64,000 bases of DNA. Origin: an uncultured Gemmatimonadaceae bacterium. Lineage in GTDB: Bacteria; Gemmatimonadota; Gemmatimonadetes; Gemmatimonadales; Gemmatimonadaceae. Of the stretch, positions 38,871 through 50,777 are shown piece by piece. Position 1 is the first letter of the stretch. Each line of letters starts with the position of its first letter. Made by a program: the position numbers and the translations under genes. The notes below the pieces were generated by a model, which saw only the letters and a list, made by a program, of their open reading frames with translations, was not told the DNA's origin and made no database searches. The stretch lies in contig CAWBOC010000005.1 of NCBI GenBank assembly GCA_963790305.1, positions 512,001-576,000 on the forward strand, written 5' to 3'.

Positions 38871-39326
38871 CTAGATCTCGTCGCGCAACGCTCCGGAGAC
38901 CCGGGCGGCCAGTGCGTCGAGCGAGATCGGCTTGTGGAGAAACCTCGCGACCTCGCCCTCCTTCAGCTGCATCGTGTCCGCCGAGTAGCCGGACATCAGG
39001 AGCAGCCGGACGCCAGGGTGCTCAATGGAAAGCCTCACCGCCAGCTCGCGACCGCTCATCCCTTGCAGCACGATGTCGGTGAGCACGAGATCGGTCGGCG
39101 TGCTGGCGCTGGCAATCAGCGCGAGGGCCGAATCGGCGTCGGCTGCTTCGACCACGCGGTACTCGAGCTTCTCGAGCAGGCCCCGGATGGAAGACCGAAC
39201 CTTCGGGTCGTCATCCACGAGAAGGACCGTAGGCCGGGCGGACTCGTGCGACCTGATCGGCGTTTTCGCGCGACCAGCTTTGGGTGTCTTTCGTGCGCGT
39301 GCGGGAGTTGGCTTCGATCGCGCCAC
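38871..39326 (-). CDS. Single-domain response regulator
   Basis: LLVDDD, DLVLTDIVL.GMSG, LMSG, KP. Confidence 0.88.
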   Translation of the reverse strand: MARSKPTPARARKTPKAGRAKTPIRSHESARPTVLLVDDDPKVRSSIRGLLEKLEYRVVEAADADSALALIASASTPTDLVLTDIVLQGMSGRELAVRLSIEHPGVRLLLMSGYSADTMQLKEGEVARFLHKPISLDALAARVSGALRDEI

Positions 39327-39471
39327 GGGCGTGGCCTCCGCGGTGGTGACGGTGCTTGACGTGCCTTGGTTTAGACGTGTGCGGGGGAATGGCGGTCACG
39401 TGCCACACAGCTTTTCATGAGAACGACCTCATTTCCCCGAAGCCGCCGGAAGTATTATCTTTGAGCCGTGG

Positions 39472-39544
39472 TGGGGTGTAGCTGAGCTGGCAAAGCACCG
39501 GACTGTTAATCCGGAGATCGGTGGTTCGAATCCACCCGCCCCAG
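39472..39544 (+). tRNA. tRNA-Asn (GTT)
   Basis: Acceptor TGGGGTG/CGCCCCA, anticodon arm CCGGA-CT-GTT-AA-TCCGG, T arm GGTGG-TTCGAAT-CCACC, discriminator G; CCA not encoded. Confidence 0.92.
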
Positions 39545-39554
39545 TCGTGATGCA

Positions 39555-39590
39555 AAACCGCCCCGCACGGAGCTCCGTGCGGGGCGGTTT
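39555..39590. terminator. Bidirectional terminator between tRNA-Asn and infA
   Basis: Perfect palindrome aaaccgccccgcacggag|ctccgtgcggggcggttt. Confidence 0.8.
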
Positions 39591-39601
39591 GCGTATCGTA
39601 C

Positions 39602-39820
39602 CTACTTGTGTCGGAAGGTGATGCGGCCGCGGGTCAGGTCATACGGCGACACCTCGACCTTCACCCGGTCGCCGGTGAGCACCCGGATGCGAAAGCGCCG
39701 CATCTTGCCCGCGATCGTCGCGAGCACCGAGTGACCGTTATCCAGGGCCACGCGGAACATGGCGCTCGGAAGAACGTCCGAAATCACCCCATCCATCTCT
39801 ACCATATCATGCTTCGCCAC
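39602..39820 (-). CDS. infA: Translation initiation factor IF-1
   Basis: 72 aa from GTG with SD ggagg; [34 protein letters not shown]. Confidence 0.95.
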   Translation of the reverse strand: MAKHDMVEMDGVISDVLPSAMFRVALDNGHSVLATIAGKMRRFRIRVLTGDRVKVEVSPYDLTRGRITFRHK

Positions 39821-39990
39821 GTTTCCTCCGAATGTGCGGGACAGTTGACGCCGAGGACACGCGCGAAACGCAAACAGGGACCCGCACGAGTGTGGCAGGC
39901 CCCTGTATCCATCAGGAGGTGTCCGCGCAAAAATGCGCGTTACGTCGCTGAACCAATCTAGCTCCCAAGAGCCCGAAGCGCCACGGGAAG

Positions 39991-40080
39991 GGCGAATGCG
40001 GAGTGCGGAATGCGGAATCCTTGTAGGCATTGTCACGCAACGCTTTAGGTGTCGCTTCCGCATTCCGCATTGCTCATTCG
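39991..40080. repeat. Tandem-inverted heptamer repeat (GCGGAAT)
   Basis: gcgaatgcggagtgcggaatgcggaat ... ttccgcattccgcattgctcattcg. Confidence 0.8.
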
Positions 40081-40153
40081 TACTCCCGTGACTGCGGTCA
40101 CTTTCCCTCGTCATCCGTTTGCTTCCCTCATAGTCGCGAACGGAGGACCCGCC

Positions 40154-41242
40154 TTGCCACGACGCGCTCTGATCGCGCTCGCCTGCCTCACGATGCTCGC
40201 CTGTCAGCAGAACCCGACGGGCTACGTCATCGCCGCCGCGGGTCCGTGGAAGCAAGGGTACGGGCAGATGAACCGGTTGGGCATCGAGCTGGCCGTCGGC
40301 GAGATCAACGCGAACGGCGGCATCGATGGCCACAAGCTCGAGGTCATCTACCGCGATGACGAGGGCGACGGCGAGACCGCCGCAAAGATCGCGCAGGAGT
40401 TCGTCGCCAACCTCAACATCTCGGCGGTCGTTGGGCACGTGAATTCAGGCGCGATGGTCGCCGCCGCGAGAATCTACGACGGACAGCTCGCCGCGCTCGC
40501 GACGACCGCGACATCGCCCGACCTCACCGGCGTGTCGCCCTGGGTCTTCCGCGTCATCTCCTCCGACTCCGCGAACGGCATCGATCTCGCGCGCTTTGCC
40601 GCGAGACTCGGCGCGCAGCGCGCGGCCATTCTCTACGAGAACAACGCGTACGGACGCGGGCTCACCGATGCATTCCGCCGGAGCTTTCCGGGCGAGATCA
40701 TCAGCATCGACCCGATCACCAATGCCGCCGATCAGAACTTCGAGCCCTTCGTCTCCTTCTACAAGCTGAAGTCGCCGGAGATCGTGTTCGTCGCCGGTAC
40801 GGAAGCGTCGGGAATAGCGCTTCTACGCGAGGCGAAACGACAATCGCTGAACGCGAGATTCCTCGGCGGCAATGGGTGGACAGGGATTGTCGCCGACACG
40901 GCCGCGGCTGAGGGCGCATACGTCGGCGCACCGTTCACCGATGCAGATACGCGGCAGGAAGTCCGCCGGTTCGTACAGGCGTTTGTCGTCAAGAACCAGC
41001 GACTGCCCGACGGAAACGCTGCGCTTGCATACGACGCCACCGTGGTGATCGCTCGAGCGCTGGCGAAGCAGGGCGCAAGCCGTATCCGTGTTCGCGAGTT
41101 CCTGGCGGGGCTGGGTGGACGGACCGCGCTGAGCGGTGTCACTGGACCTATCGCCTTCCACAAGAACGGCGATCCAGTTGGAAAGAGCTTCGTGATGACA
41201 CGCGTCCGCCACGGCGCGCTCGTGCCGGAGTCACGGAAGTGA
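40154..41242 (+). CDS. LivJ/LivK-type substrate-binding lipoprotein
   Basis: TTG start after ggagg, lipobox [34 protein letters not shown]. Confidence 0.85.
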   Translation: MPRRALIALACLTMLACQQNPTGYVIAAAGPWKQGYGQMNRLGIELAVGEINANGGIDGHKLEVIYRDDEGDGETAAKIAQEFVANLNISAVVGHVNSGAMVAAARIYDGQLAALATTATSPDLTGVSPWVFRVISSDSANGIDLARFAARLGAQRAAILYENNAYGRGLTDAFRRSFPGEIISIDPITNAADQNFEPFVSFYKLKSPEIVFVAGTEASGIALLREAKRQSLNARFLGGNGWTGIVADTAAAEGAYVGAPFTDADTRQEVRRFVQAFVVKNQRLPDGNAALAYDATVVIARALAKQGASRIRVREFLAGLGGRTALSGVTGPIAFHKNGDPVGKSFVMTRVRHGALVPESRK

Positions 41243-42951
41243 GGTGGCGGGATCCGTTTCAGACGATCCGCGGCCTTCTGCTCGCCGGCTTCGTCGTGCT
41301 GTCGGTCATGATCGTCATCGCCGGCATGATCGGCGGGTGGTCGATGCTCTCGACCTCGCGCGTCATCCGCAACACGCTCGACGCGGTGCAGGAGGAGACG
41401 CGGCTCTCGTCGCAGTTCGCGTCGAGCATCGCGCAAGAAGTAGCGGCGGCGAGGCGATATCTCGATCGGCGCGATTCAACGGCGGGGCAGGCATTCACGC
41501 GGCTGGGCTGGGAAGCGCACCGCATTCAGCGCGCGATGAACAACCTGCCTTCGCAGACGATGGAAGAGATCGCGCTGGTCGCCGCGATCAATGCCACGCT
41601 CTCGCACATCGAGGTGCGCTACGCGCGTGCCCACCGGCTTGCCGACCTCGGCCGCCACGACATCGCGCTCCGGGAGGCCGAAGCGACAGCACCCCTCGCC
41701 GCGCGCCTGCTCGGTGATGTCGAGCGGCTCGGTCAGAGAAAAGCGCGCAAGGTGGCCGAGGCGGCCGATCGGTTGCAGCGCGCGACCATCAAGCGCGCCG
41801 TCTCACTCGCCTTCGTCATTCTCACCGCGCTCGGATTGGCGCTCATCGTCGTCGTCACCACCGTCCGGCGCGTGGCAAGACCACTCGATCGCCTGGTGAC
41901 GCACGCCCGTCGACTGAACGAAGGCGACTTCACCGCGCGCACCACAGGCGACATGCCTGGCGAATTCCGTATTCTCGCCAGCATGATGAACCAGACCACC
42001 GAGTCGCTCTCGCGAATCGTCTCGGTGGTGGCGCAGACGGCGAAGGACGTGGCCGGGTCCGCTCGCGAGCTTTCCTCGGTCACCGAGCAGATCTCCGGCA
42101 CGGCGGGTGAGACCGCCACCGCAATGAACGAAGTCTCGGCGGGCGCGGAGAAGCAGGTGAAGCAGCTCCGGTGGATCGACAGCTCGCTTCAGTCCATGCG
42201 CGATGCTGCGCACAGCGTCCTCGGCGGCGCCGAAGCGGTGAATGTCCTGGCGGAAGGCATTGCGCGGTCAGCAGGCGAGAAGCGTGTCGAGGTCGTGCGG
42301 ACGCTGGGCATTCTCACCGACGTCCGTGATACGGTGCAGACCGCCTCCGCCGAAGTGAAAGCGTTGAACGCGACGGCGGCGGACATTAATCGCTTCGTGG
42401 AAGCGGTGAGCCGCATTGCCGAGCAGACCAATCTCCTCGCGCTCAACGCCGCGATCGAAGCCGCGCGCGCCGGAAAGGCGGGCAAGGGCTTCGCGGTCGT
42501 TGCCGATGAGGTGCGCAAGCTGGCCGAGCAGACTCAGACTGCCGCCAACGACATCGTGCAGATGACGGCGGTGGTGTCGCAGCGCGTGTCGAGCACGACC
42601 GAAGCGATGAAGATCGGCGTCGCCCGAGTGGCCGAGATCGAGCTCGTATCCCGCGACATCGACGAGGCGCTCAACGCGATCGCCGACGCTGCCGAGCGCA
42701 CGCGTGTGGCCGCGCACAATGTCGCGGTCGCCGCGCAGGGGAATGCCGACGCGGTGCAGGGCGCGGCGACGAGCGTGATGTCGATCGCCAAGACGGCCGA
42801 GCATCACGCCGAGTCGGCGCAACACGTGAGCGCGTCGACCCAGGAGCAGAGCGCGGCGTGTGAGCAGATGAGCTCCGCGTCGTCGCAGCTGCTTCACACC
42901 TCCACGCAGCTCAAGAGCCTGGTGGACACTCTGAAGACGGTCACGGTGTGA
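41239..42951 (+). CDS. Methyl-accepting chemotaxis protein
   Basis: Two TM helices, [35 protein letters not shown]. Confidence 0.93.
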   Translation: MRWRDPFQTIRGLLLAGFVVLSVMIVIAGMIGGWSMLSTSRVIRNTLDAVQEETRLSSQFASSIAQEVAAARRYLDRRDSTAGQAFTRLGWEAHRIQRAMNNLPSQTMEEIALVAAINATLSHIEVRYARAHRLADLGRHDIALREAEATAPLAARLLGDVERLGQRKARKVAEAADRLQRATIKRAVSLAFVILTALGLALIVVVTTVRRVARPLDRLVTHARRLNEGDFTARTTGDMPGEFRILASMMNQTTESLSRIVSVVAQTAKDVAGSARELSSVTEQISGTAGETATAMNEVSAGAEKQVKQLRWIDSSLQSMRDAAHSVLGGAEAVNVLAEGIARSAGEKRVEVVRTLGILTDVRDTVQTASAEVKALNATAADINRFVEAVSRIAEQTNLLALNAAIEAARAGKAGKGFAVVADEVRKLAEQTQTAANDIVQMTAVVSQRVSSTTEAMKIGVARVAEIELVSRDIDEALNAIADAAERTRVAAHNVAVAAQGNADAVQGAATSVMSIAKTAEHHAESAQHVSASTQEQSAACEQMSSASSQLLHTSTQLKSLVDTLKTVTV

Positions 42952-43904
42952 TCGTCGACTGTCACGTTCATCTCAGCGCGTTCACGCCGGGGCACGGGTA
43001 CATGTCGCGAACGCTGCTGGACAGTCTGCCATTCCGCTTCATGCGCTGGAAGTTCGGCCTCCTCGGCGAGGACGCGAACACCGAGCGTACACTCGAGGAG
43101 CTGCTCGCGCGAACGGTTGCCGAGGCGAATCCGGTGAATGCGGCGGTCGTGCTCGCCTTCGACGCGGTGCATGACGCCGCGGGCAAACGCAATGCGGCAC
43201 GCACCCACTTCGAGGTGGCGAACGACTACGTTCGCGACGTGACGCGCAAGTATCCGGGGCTCTTGTATGGCGCGTCGATCCACCCCTATCGGCGCGATGC
43301 CGTTGCGGAGCTCGAGCGCGTGGCGCGTGACGGCGCGGTGCTCATCAAGTGGCTGCCCATCACGCAGGACATCGATCCATCGGACGCGCGGTGCCTTCCG
43401 TTCTACGAGGCGCTTTCCGATCTGAAGATGCCGCTGTTGAGCCACACCGGCTGGGAGCGCACGTTGCCGACGGCGAACAACCGCGTCGCCGATCCTGCGC
43501 TGCTCCGCCCGGCGTTGGAGCGAGGTGTCACGGTGATCATGGCGCATTGCGGGACGAAGTCGTTCTACGGCGAGAGCTGCCACGTCGACTCGTTCATGCG
43601 CATGGCGCGCGAGTGGGAGCACTGCTACGGCGACACGTCGGCATTGAATCTTCCCACGCGAGCCTATGGATGGCGTCGGCTGCTCGAAGACGACGTGGTG
43701 CGCGAAAAGCTGGTGCACGGCAGCGACTGGCCCATTCTGCCGTTGCCGCCGCTTCGGCGGATCGGACTCGCGGGTGCGCTCGCGCTCCTGCGGGAGAGGA
43801 ACTGGATGCGGCGCGACGCGCTGGTGAAGCAGCGTCTTGGGCTGGAGGGCGAGTACTGGACGCGGGCGGGGAGGCTGCTGCGGATTCCTGGGGCGGCGCG
43901 CTAG
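42948..43904 (+). CDS. Amidohydrolase_2 family metallo-hydrolase
   Basis: DCHVH, SIHPYR, HTG, MAHCG, HGSDWP. Confidence 0.88.
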   Translation: MIVDCHVHLSAFTPGHGYMSRTLLDSLPFRFMRWKFGLLGEDANTERTLEELLARTVAEANPVNAAVVLAFDAVHDAAGKRNAARTHFEVANDYVRDVTRKYPGLLYGASIHPYRRDAVAELERVARDGAVLIKWLPITQDIDPSDARCLPFYEALSDLKMPLLSHTGWERTLPTANNRVADPALLRPALERGVTVIMAHCGTKSFYGESCHVDSFMRMAREWEHCYGDTSALNLPTRAYGWRRLLEDDVVREKLVHGSDWPILPLPPLRRIGLAGALALLRERNWMRRDALVKQRLGLEGEYWTRAGRLLRIPGAAR

Positions 43905-43915
43905 ACGGCAGTTAG

Positions 43916-44338
43916 CTATTTCATTCGCACCGACCCATCCTCGCCAATCGTCCACGCGGGATTGAACGCGACCTCCCACAGATGCCCATCGGGGTCCGCG
44001 AAATAGCCTGAATACCCGCCCCACGCGGTCTCCTCGGCCGACTTGAGGATCGCGGCGCCGGCGGCCGCCGCCTCGGCGAGTACCGCGTCGACGTCGTCAC
44101 GCGCGCGCACGTTATGCGCCAGGGCGATACCGCCGAATGTGGACTCATCATCCTCGATCTGCGCATCGGCCGCGAGATCGCGGCGCCCAAAGAGCGCGAT
44201 GATCGGTCCGCCTGTCTCATAGAACACGACGTCGTCGCTGGCAAAGCCAGGCTTCCATCCCAGACCGTGCTCGTAAAATCGGCGGGCGCGCCGGAGATCG
44301 GCGACGCCGAGGGTTACCAGGCTCATGCGTTGTTCCAT
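43916..44338 (-). CDS. VOC/glyoxalase family protein
   Basis: SLVTLGVADL, LAHNV, WGGYSGYFADPDGHLWEV. Confidence 0.92.
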   Translation of the reverse strand: MEQRMSLVTLGVADLRRARRFYEHGLGWKPGFASDDVVFYETGGPIIALFGRRDLAADAQIEDDESTFGGIALAHNVRARDDVDAVLAEAAAAGAAILKSAEETAWGGYSGYFADPDGHLWEVAFNPAWTIGEDGSVRMK

Positions 44339-44427
44339 GGCCGCCTCATCCGTTGACACGCGCTGGTCGCCAGGCTGGCGAACCCAGCGGCACGAGGGAT
44401 AAGCTAGCGGCTCCTCGCCTGCTCGCC

Positions 44428-45198
44428 ATGCGCCTGATAGTCCTGTTCGCTCTGACCGTCGCGGCCTGCGCGCCACGTCGCCCTCCGGCGCCCCCCACCG
44501 CCGCGACGACGCTCATCACGAACGCGCGCCTCATCGACGGGTCGGGGGGCGCGGCACGGTCGGGTGGCGTCCGCATTGCCGGCGACCGGATCGCTGAGGT
44601 CGGCACCCTGCGAGCGCGCCCCGGCGAGCGCGTGATCGACGCAGGCGGCCTCGCGTTGGCGCCCGGGTTCATCGACACGCACAGCCACCACGACCGCGGA
44701 TTGTTCGACATGCGCGATGCGGTGGCGGCCGTGAGCCAGGGGATCACCACGATGACGATCGTGATCGATGGGATCTCGCGGCGCTTTCGCAGGTACTGGG
44801 CTCGCGGGGCGGTCGCCCCTTATATCAACGATGACGGAACCATCGCGCCGACGGCGGCGGGAGGATCGATCCCGTTCGCTCCCGACATCACAATGCGCGC
44901 CCTCGTCGCGATGCGCGAACGGTACGGCGATGACCTGTACACGCGGTATGGATTCCTCGATGCTTTCAATCCGACGCTCAAAGCGTCGGGAGTGCGGCTG
45001 CTGCGCGGGCGCATTATTGCCGGAAAGGGCTGGTTCGATGACAACTACATCGGCATCGATCAGGGTCCGATCGTGGCGATGAGCGAAAATCACCGCTCCG
45101 GGCTTCTGTGGACTCTCATGAAGCGCAGTCCCTACATCGTTCGTGGACTCTGCCGCGCGGGCTTCACCGGCGGCTGGATCGAAGGGAGATGCAACTGA
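44428..45198 (+). pseudogene. Chimeric ORF: N-terminus of a D-aminoacylase-type amidohydrolase fused to the C-terminus of a GH144/glucoamylase-like glucanase
   Basis: LAPGFIDTHSH..SQGITT then DDGTIAPTAAGGS, YGFLDAFNPT, YIGIDQGPI, ENHRSGLLW, RAGFTGGW. Confidence 0.75.
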
Positions 45199-47505
45199 TG
45201 ACGGCACGGCTCTCGATCGCGTGCGCCGCCCTGATTTTCTCCGCGGCATCGGCGGCGGCACAGGCAGGACCATCCCGGGCGACGCGTTTCGTCGATTCCC
45301 TCGTCGCGCGGATGACGCTCGAAGAGAAGCTCGGTCAGCTCACCCAGGTGCCCGGACGCTGGGGCGACACGGGACCGCAGGTTCCCGAAGGCGGTGAGGA
45401 CGAGATTCGTCGCGGGCACGTCGGCTCGTTCCTCGGCGTCTTCGGTGCGGGGTACACGCGTCGCATGCAGGAGATTGCGCTTCAGTCGCGGCTGAAGATC
45501 CCACTCCTGTTCGCGCACGACGTCATCCACGGCTTCCGCACGATCTTTCCCGTTTCGATCGCCGAAGCAGCGTCGTGGGACCCCCAGGCGGTGGAGCGCG
45601 CCGCGCGCATCGCCGCGACGGAGGCGACCGCCGCGGGGTTGCACTGGACCTTCGCGCCAATGGTGGACATCGCCCGCGACGCGCGGTGGGGACGCATTGT
45701 CGAGGGTGCCGGAGAGGATCCGTATCTCGGATCGATCATGGCCGGTGCGCGCGTGCGGGGCTTTCAGGGCACCGATCTCAGCGCTCCGAACACGATGCTC
45801 GCGACGGCGAAGCACTTCGTCGGCTACGGCGCGGCCGAAGGCGGGCGCGACTACAACATCGCCGACATCCCAGAGGTCACCCTTCGCGACATCTACCTGC
45901 CGCCGTTTCACGCAGCGGTCGACGCGGGCGCGGCGTCGGTCATGGCATCGTTCAATGAAGTTGCCGGCGTTCCGGTGCATGCCAGCGAGCGGTTGATCGA
46001 CGGTTTGCTGCGTACGGAGTGGGGATGGAACGGCCTCCTCGTCAGCGACTGGACGGGGGTGCTCGAGCTCATTCCGCACGGCGTGGCAGCCGACTCCGCG
46101 GCGGCGGGAGCGCTCGCGCTGCGTGCGGGCGTCGACGTCGACATGGTAAGCCGCATCTACTTCAACAAGCTGACACCACTCGTCCGATCGGGACGAGTCA
46201 GCGATGCGAGACGTCGACGCCGCGGTGCGGCGCGTCCTGCGCGCGAAATACGACCTGGGTCTCTTCGCCGATCCGTTCCGCTACAGTGACACGACGCGCG
46301 AGCGCCAGACGCTACTCGCCGCCGAGCATCGCGCGGCGGCGCGTGAGCTAGCGCGGAAGGCGATCGTGCTCCTCAGGAACGAGGGCCGAGCGCTCCCACT
46401 TGCCAAGTCGTTAGGTACGATCGCGGTCATCGGGTCCCTTGCCACCGACGCACGCTCCTCGATCGGCAACTGGTCGGCCGCGGGACGTGCCGAAGAAGGC
46501 GTCACGGTGCTGGACGGCATTCGCCGCGCCGTGCCGTCGGCGCGCGTCGTCTACGCGCGTGGCGCGGACTCGGCCACCGCCGACACCAGCGGATTCGCTG
46601 AAGCCGTTCGCGTGGCGCGCGATGCGGATGTCGTCGTCCTCGTGGTCGGCGAGCATCAGGAGCAGAGCGCGGAAGCGAACAACCGCGCGTTCCTCGGCTT
46701 GCCGGGCGCGCAGGACGGGCTCGTGCGGGCGGTGCGTGCAGCGGGGAAGCCCGTCGTCGTCGTGCTGATGGGCGGGCGTCCGCTCGCGATCTCCTCGTTC
46801 GCGGACAGCGTGCCCGCGATCATGCACGCCTGGTACCTCGGCACCGAGATGGGGAATGCGGTGGCGGACGTGCTGTTCGGCGAGGCGAACCCCTCGGGCA
46901 AGCTCCCTGTGACGATCCCGCGCACGGTCGGACAGGTTCCGCTGTACTACAACCACAAGCACACCGGCCGGCCGCCGGTCGCGAACCAGAAATACACGTC
47001 GAAGTACATCGACGTGCCGTGGACGCCGCTTTACCCGTTCGGCCATGGATTGAGCTACACGACGTTCGCGTATCGCAATCTCCGGCTCAGCGCGACGACC
47101 ATGCGACCGGGCGATACGCTGATCGTCAGCGTGGACGTCACGAACACCGGCGATCGCGTGGGCGACGAGGTGGTTCAGCTGTACATCCGGGATGAAGTCG
47201 GCACGCTCACGCGCCCGGTGAAGGAGTTGCGCGGCTTCCGCCGCATCACGCTCCAGCCCGGCCAGACGCAGTCCGTGTCATTCCCCCTCGGCTCCAAGGA
47301 TCTGGCCTTCCATGACGCGGCGCTCGATCTCGTCGTCGAGCCGGGATTCTTTCGCGTGTACGTGGGGTCGAGCTCCGAGCGTGTGGAGGAGGCGCGCTTC
47401 GAGCTCGTCGATCCGCGGCGATGCGGGAAGCGCGTGCTGCGGCGCGAGGTTCCGAGGTTCACATGGCCGGTGAAGAGTCGAGTGGGGGCAGTGGCATGTC
47501 GATGA
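45198..47505 (+). CDS. bglX: GH3 beta-glucosidase (frameshift near 46203)
   Basis: MTLEEKLGQL, DVIHG, RDARWGR, KHF, VSDW nucleophile; second frame PSGKLP, PLYPFGHGLSYT, Fn3 RPVKELRGF. Confidence 0.9.
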
Positions 47506-48986
47506 GTCAATGCGGAATGCGGAATGCGGATTGGGGATGGGGGTTCATCGCCGCTCTCTGCCTCCTCTGCCCGGCGAACGCAGGCGCTCAGGCGCGGGGG
47601 GCGCAGCAGCCACGCAACGTCATTTTCATTCTCAGCGACGACCATCGGCACGACTTCATGGGCTTCGTGAAGGGCGCGCCGCCGTTCCTGCGCACGCCCA
47701 ACATCGATCGCATGGCGGCGCGCGGGTCGTACGTGCCGAACGCGTTCGTGACCACGGCACTGTGCTCGCCGAGTCGGGCGTCGATTCTCACCGGGCGGTA
47801 TGCGCATCGGCACGGGGTGGTGGACAACACGTCGCCGATTCCCAAGGGCACGATGTTCTTTCCGGAGCTGCTGCAGCGCGCCGGCTATCGCACGGCATAC
47901 ATCGGCAAGTGGCACATGGGCGAGGACGAGGAGAGCGACATGCCGCGCCCGGGCTTCGACCGCTGGGTGAGCTTCCGCGGGCAGGGCGTCTACGTCGATC
48001 CAACCCTCAACGTCGACGGCACACGACGGCAGGTGCGCGGCTACACCACCGATGTTCTCACCGACCAGGCGCTGGAGTGGCTGCGCGGCGTGCGGCGATC
48101 GGATCCCAACAAGCCGTTCTTTCTCTACCTGGCGCACAAGGCGGTGCACGCGGAGTTCATCCCCTCGCCGCGCCACGCGGGAAAGTACGCGAAGGAGCCG
48201 ATTCCGTATCCGGAAACAATGGCGAATACGGAATCCAACGCCCGTGGAAAGCCGCGCTGGGTGCGCGAGCAGCGTAACAGCTGGCACGGGGTCGACTACG
48301 CGTATCATGGCGCGCTGAAGTTCGACGAGTTCTACCGCAGTTACGCCGAGACGCTGCTGGCGGTGGATGAGAGCATTGGGCGCGTGCTCGATTTCCTCGA
48401 TCAGAACGGGCTCACCAACTCGACGATGGTCGTCTACACGAGCGACAACGGCTTCGTCCTCGGCGAGCACGGCCTGATCGACAAGCGCCATGCGTACGAG
48501 AAGTCGATGCGCGTGCCCATGGTCGCCTATGCTCCCGGGATGATCGCCGCCGGCGACACCATCACGCAGATGGTGCGGAACATCGACATCGCGCCGACGA
48601 TTCTCGCGCTCGCCGGCGTGCAGAGCACCTGGGACATGGACGGTCAGTCTGTTCTCTCGGCGCTGCGCGGCGAGGCCCCGGCCTTACGCGGCGAGCTCTT
48701 GTACGAGTACTACTGGGAGTACGCGTTCCCGCACACGCCCACCACGTTCGCGCTTCGCGGCGACCGCTACAAATACATCTTCTACCACGGCATTTGGGAT
48801 ACGAACGAGCTGTACGATCTCGTGTCCGACCCGCTGGAGCGCTTCAACCTGATCGACGCACCAATGATGCAGGACACGGTGCGCGCGATGCGGACGCGGC
48901 TGTTCGACCGACTTCAGGCAACGGATGGGATGCGCATTCCCGTTCGGCGCGGGGATTGGCAAGCAGGGGAGAGGAAACTCCCGTGA
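47496..48986 (+). CDS. Exported formylglycine-dependent sulfatase (N-acetylglucosamine-6-sulfatase-like)
   Basis: SDDH, CSPSRASILTGRY, GKWH, SDNG..GEHGLIDKR; start uncertain. Confidence 0.92.
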   Translation: MSMSQCGMRNADWGWGFIAALCLLCPANAGAQARGAQQPRNVIFILSDDHRHDFMGFVKGAPPFLRTPNIDRMAARGSYVPNAFVTTALCSPSRASILTGRYAHRHGVVDNTSPIPKGTMFFPELLQRAGYRTAYIGKWHMGEDEESDMPRPGFDRWVSFRGQGVYVDPTLNVDGTRRQVRGYTTDVLTDQALEWLRGVRRSDPNKPFFLYLAHKAVHAEFIPSPRHAGKYAKEPIPYPETMANTESNARGKPRWVREQRNSWHGVDYAYHGALKFDEFYRSYAETLLAVDESIGRVLDFLDQNGLTNSTMVVYTSDNGFVLGEHGLIDKRHAYEKSMRVPMVAYAPGMIAAGDTITQMVRNIDIAPTILALAGVQSTWDMDGQSVLSALRGEAPALRGELLYEYYWEYAFPHTPTTFALRGDRYKYIFYHGIWDTNELYDLVSDPLERFNLIDAPMMQDTVRAMRTRLFDRLQATDGMRIPVRRGDWQAGERKLP

Positions 48987-49067
48987 TTCACGGCGCTCGT
49001 TGCGCAACTCAGAGCTCGCTATTCACCGGCCGAATAGGCCGAGGAAACCTTACCGACGGAGCGAACC

Positions 49068-50685
49068 GTGGGACAGCTCGCCACGCTGGACTGGATCGTC
49101 ATCGCGCTCTACTTCGTGCTCACCTTTACCATCGCCATCTGGGTGACGGTACGCGAGCGCTCGCGGGATACCTCGACCGACTATTTCCTTGCCGGGCGCA
49201 ACATCGGGTGGTTCATCGTCGGTGCGTCGCTGTTCGCGTCGAACATTGGCTCCGAGCATCTCGTCGGGCTCGCGGGCACCGGCGCGGCCAGCGGCATGGC
49301 GGTGGGCCAGTTCGAGGTGCTCGCGTCATTGATCCTCCTCATGCTGGGCTGGGTGTTCGTGCCGTTCTACCTGCGGAGCGGCGTGTTCACGATGCCGGAG
49401 TTTCTCGAGCGGAGGTACTCGTCAGGCGCCCGATGGTATTTGGCGATCGTGTCGATCATCGCCTACGTGCTGACGAAGATCTCCGTCACGATCGCGGCCG
49501 GCGGCATCGTGTTCGAGGCGCTGATGGGCATCGATTTCTGGACGGGGGCGATGATCGTCGTCGTCGCGACGGGGATCTACACCGTGTTCGGCGGCCTTCG
49601 CGCGGTGCTGTACACGGACATGATCCAGATGTTCGTGCTCATCGGTGGTGCCGTGGCGGTCACGCTGGTGGGTCTCGACGCGTTGGGCGGCTGGAATGAG
49701 AATGATTCGCACCGCGGGCCCCGGATTTCTCGACATGTGGAAACCGGCGAGCGATCCGAACTTCCCCTGGACGGGAATTCTGTTCGGCGCACCGATCCTC
49801 GGCGTGTGGTACTGGTGTACCGATCAGTTCATCGTGCAGCGCGTTCTGTCGGCGAAGGACCAGGACGAGGCACGACGGGGAGCGATTTTCGCCGGGTATC
49901 TCAAGCTTCTTCCGCTGTTCATCTTCGTCATCCCCGGGCTCGTGGCCTACGCGCTGGCGCAGCGCGGGCTGATCACGCTCGAGCATCCCGATCAGGCACT
50001 GCCGACGCTGGTGGCTGCGCTCATGCCCGATGGATTGCGGGGCATCGTCGTTGCCGGCCTGCTCGCCGCGCTCATGAGCTCGCTGTCGGCGGTGTTCAAC
50101 TCCTGCTCGACGCTGATCACGTGGGACGTCTACAAGAAGCTTCACCCGGCCGCGTCGGAGCGGCGCCTGGTCGTCATCGGCCAGGCCTCGACCGCGATCC
50201 TCGTCGGTCTTGGTCTGCTGTGGATCCCGCTGATGAAGCTCATCTCGGGGCAGCTCTACCAGTATCTCCAGAGCGTGCAGGCGTACATCTCACCACCGAT
50301 CGCGGCGGTCTTTCTGTTAGGCGTGCTGTGGCGACGTGTGAACGCCGCCGGGGCAATGACGGCGCTCATCGGCGGGTTCATCCTCGGGGTCGGCCGCCTG
50401 CTCGCCGAGCTGAACAGGGACGGGCTCACGGGATGGATGCACACGTACGCGACGATCAACTTCCTGCACTTCGCCATCCTGCTGTTCGTGATCTGCACCG
50501 CGATACTGATCGGCGTGAGCCTGGTGACCGCGCCGCCGCCACCGGAGAAGGTCGAGGGGATCACGTTCGACACGACGCAACGCACGACGGAGGGGCCGCG
50601 GGGGCGCGGCTGGCGGCGCACCGACCTCGTTCTCAGCGTCGTTCTGGCGCTCTGCGTGGGGGCGATCTGGCTGTATTTCTCCTAG
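49068..50685 (+). CDS. Sodium:solute symporter, SGLT-like sugar transporter (frameshift near 49700)
   Basis: YFLAGR, ASNIGSEH, TMPEFLERR, WYWCTDQFIVQR, AALMSSL. Confidence 0.9.
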
Positions 50686-50777
50686 GCCGGCGGAAGGCAC
50701 TGCACGTGGCTTGACGCTTGCACTTCAGGTGCGCGCGACCCCATGGCAGACGGGGGCGCGCTCACCCGAGAAACCGG

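Noticed and set aside
39472..39600. Integrated element at tRNA-Asn
   Set aside because: No integrase and no duplicated tRNA 3' end seen in the window
39821..40438. 278-aa N-terminally extended IF-1
   Set aside because: The extension crosses repeats and the opposite-strand gene; a GTG with SD at 39820 gives the normal 72 aa
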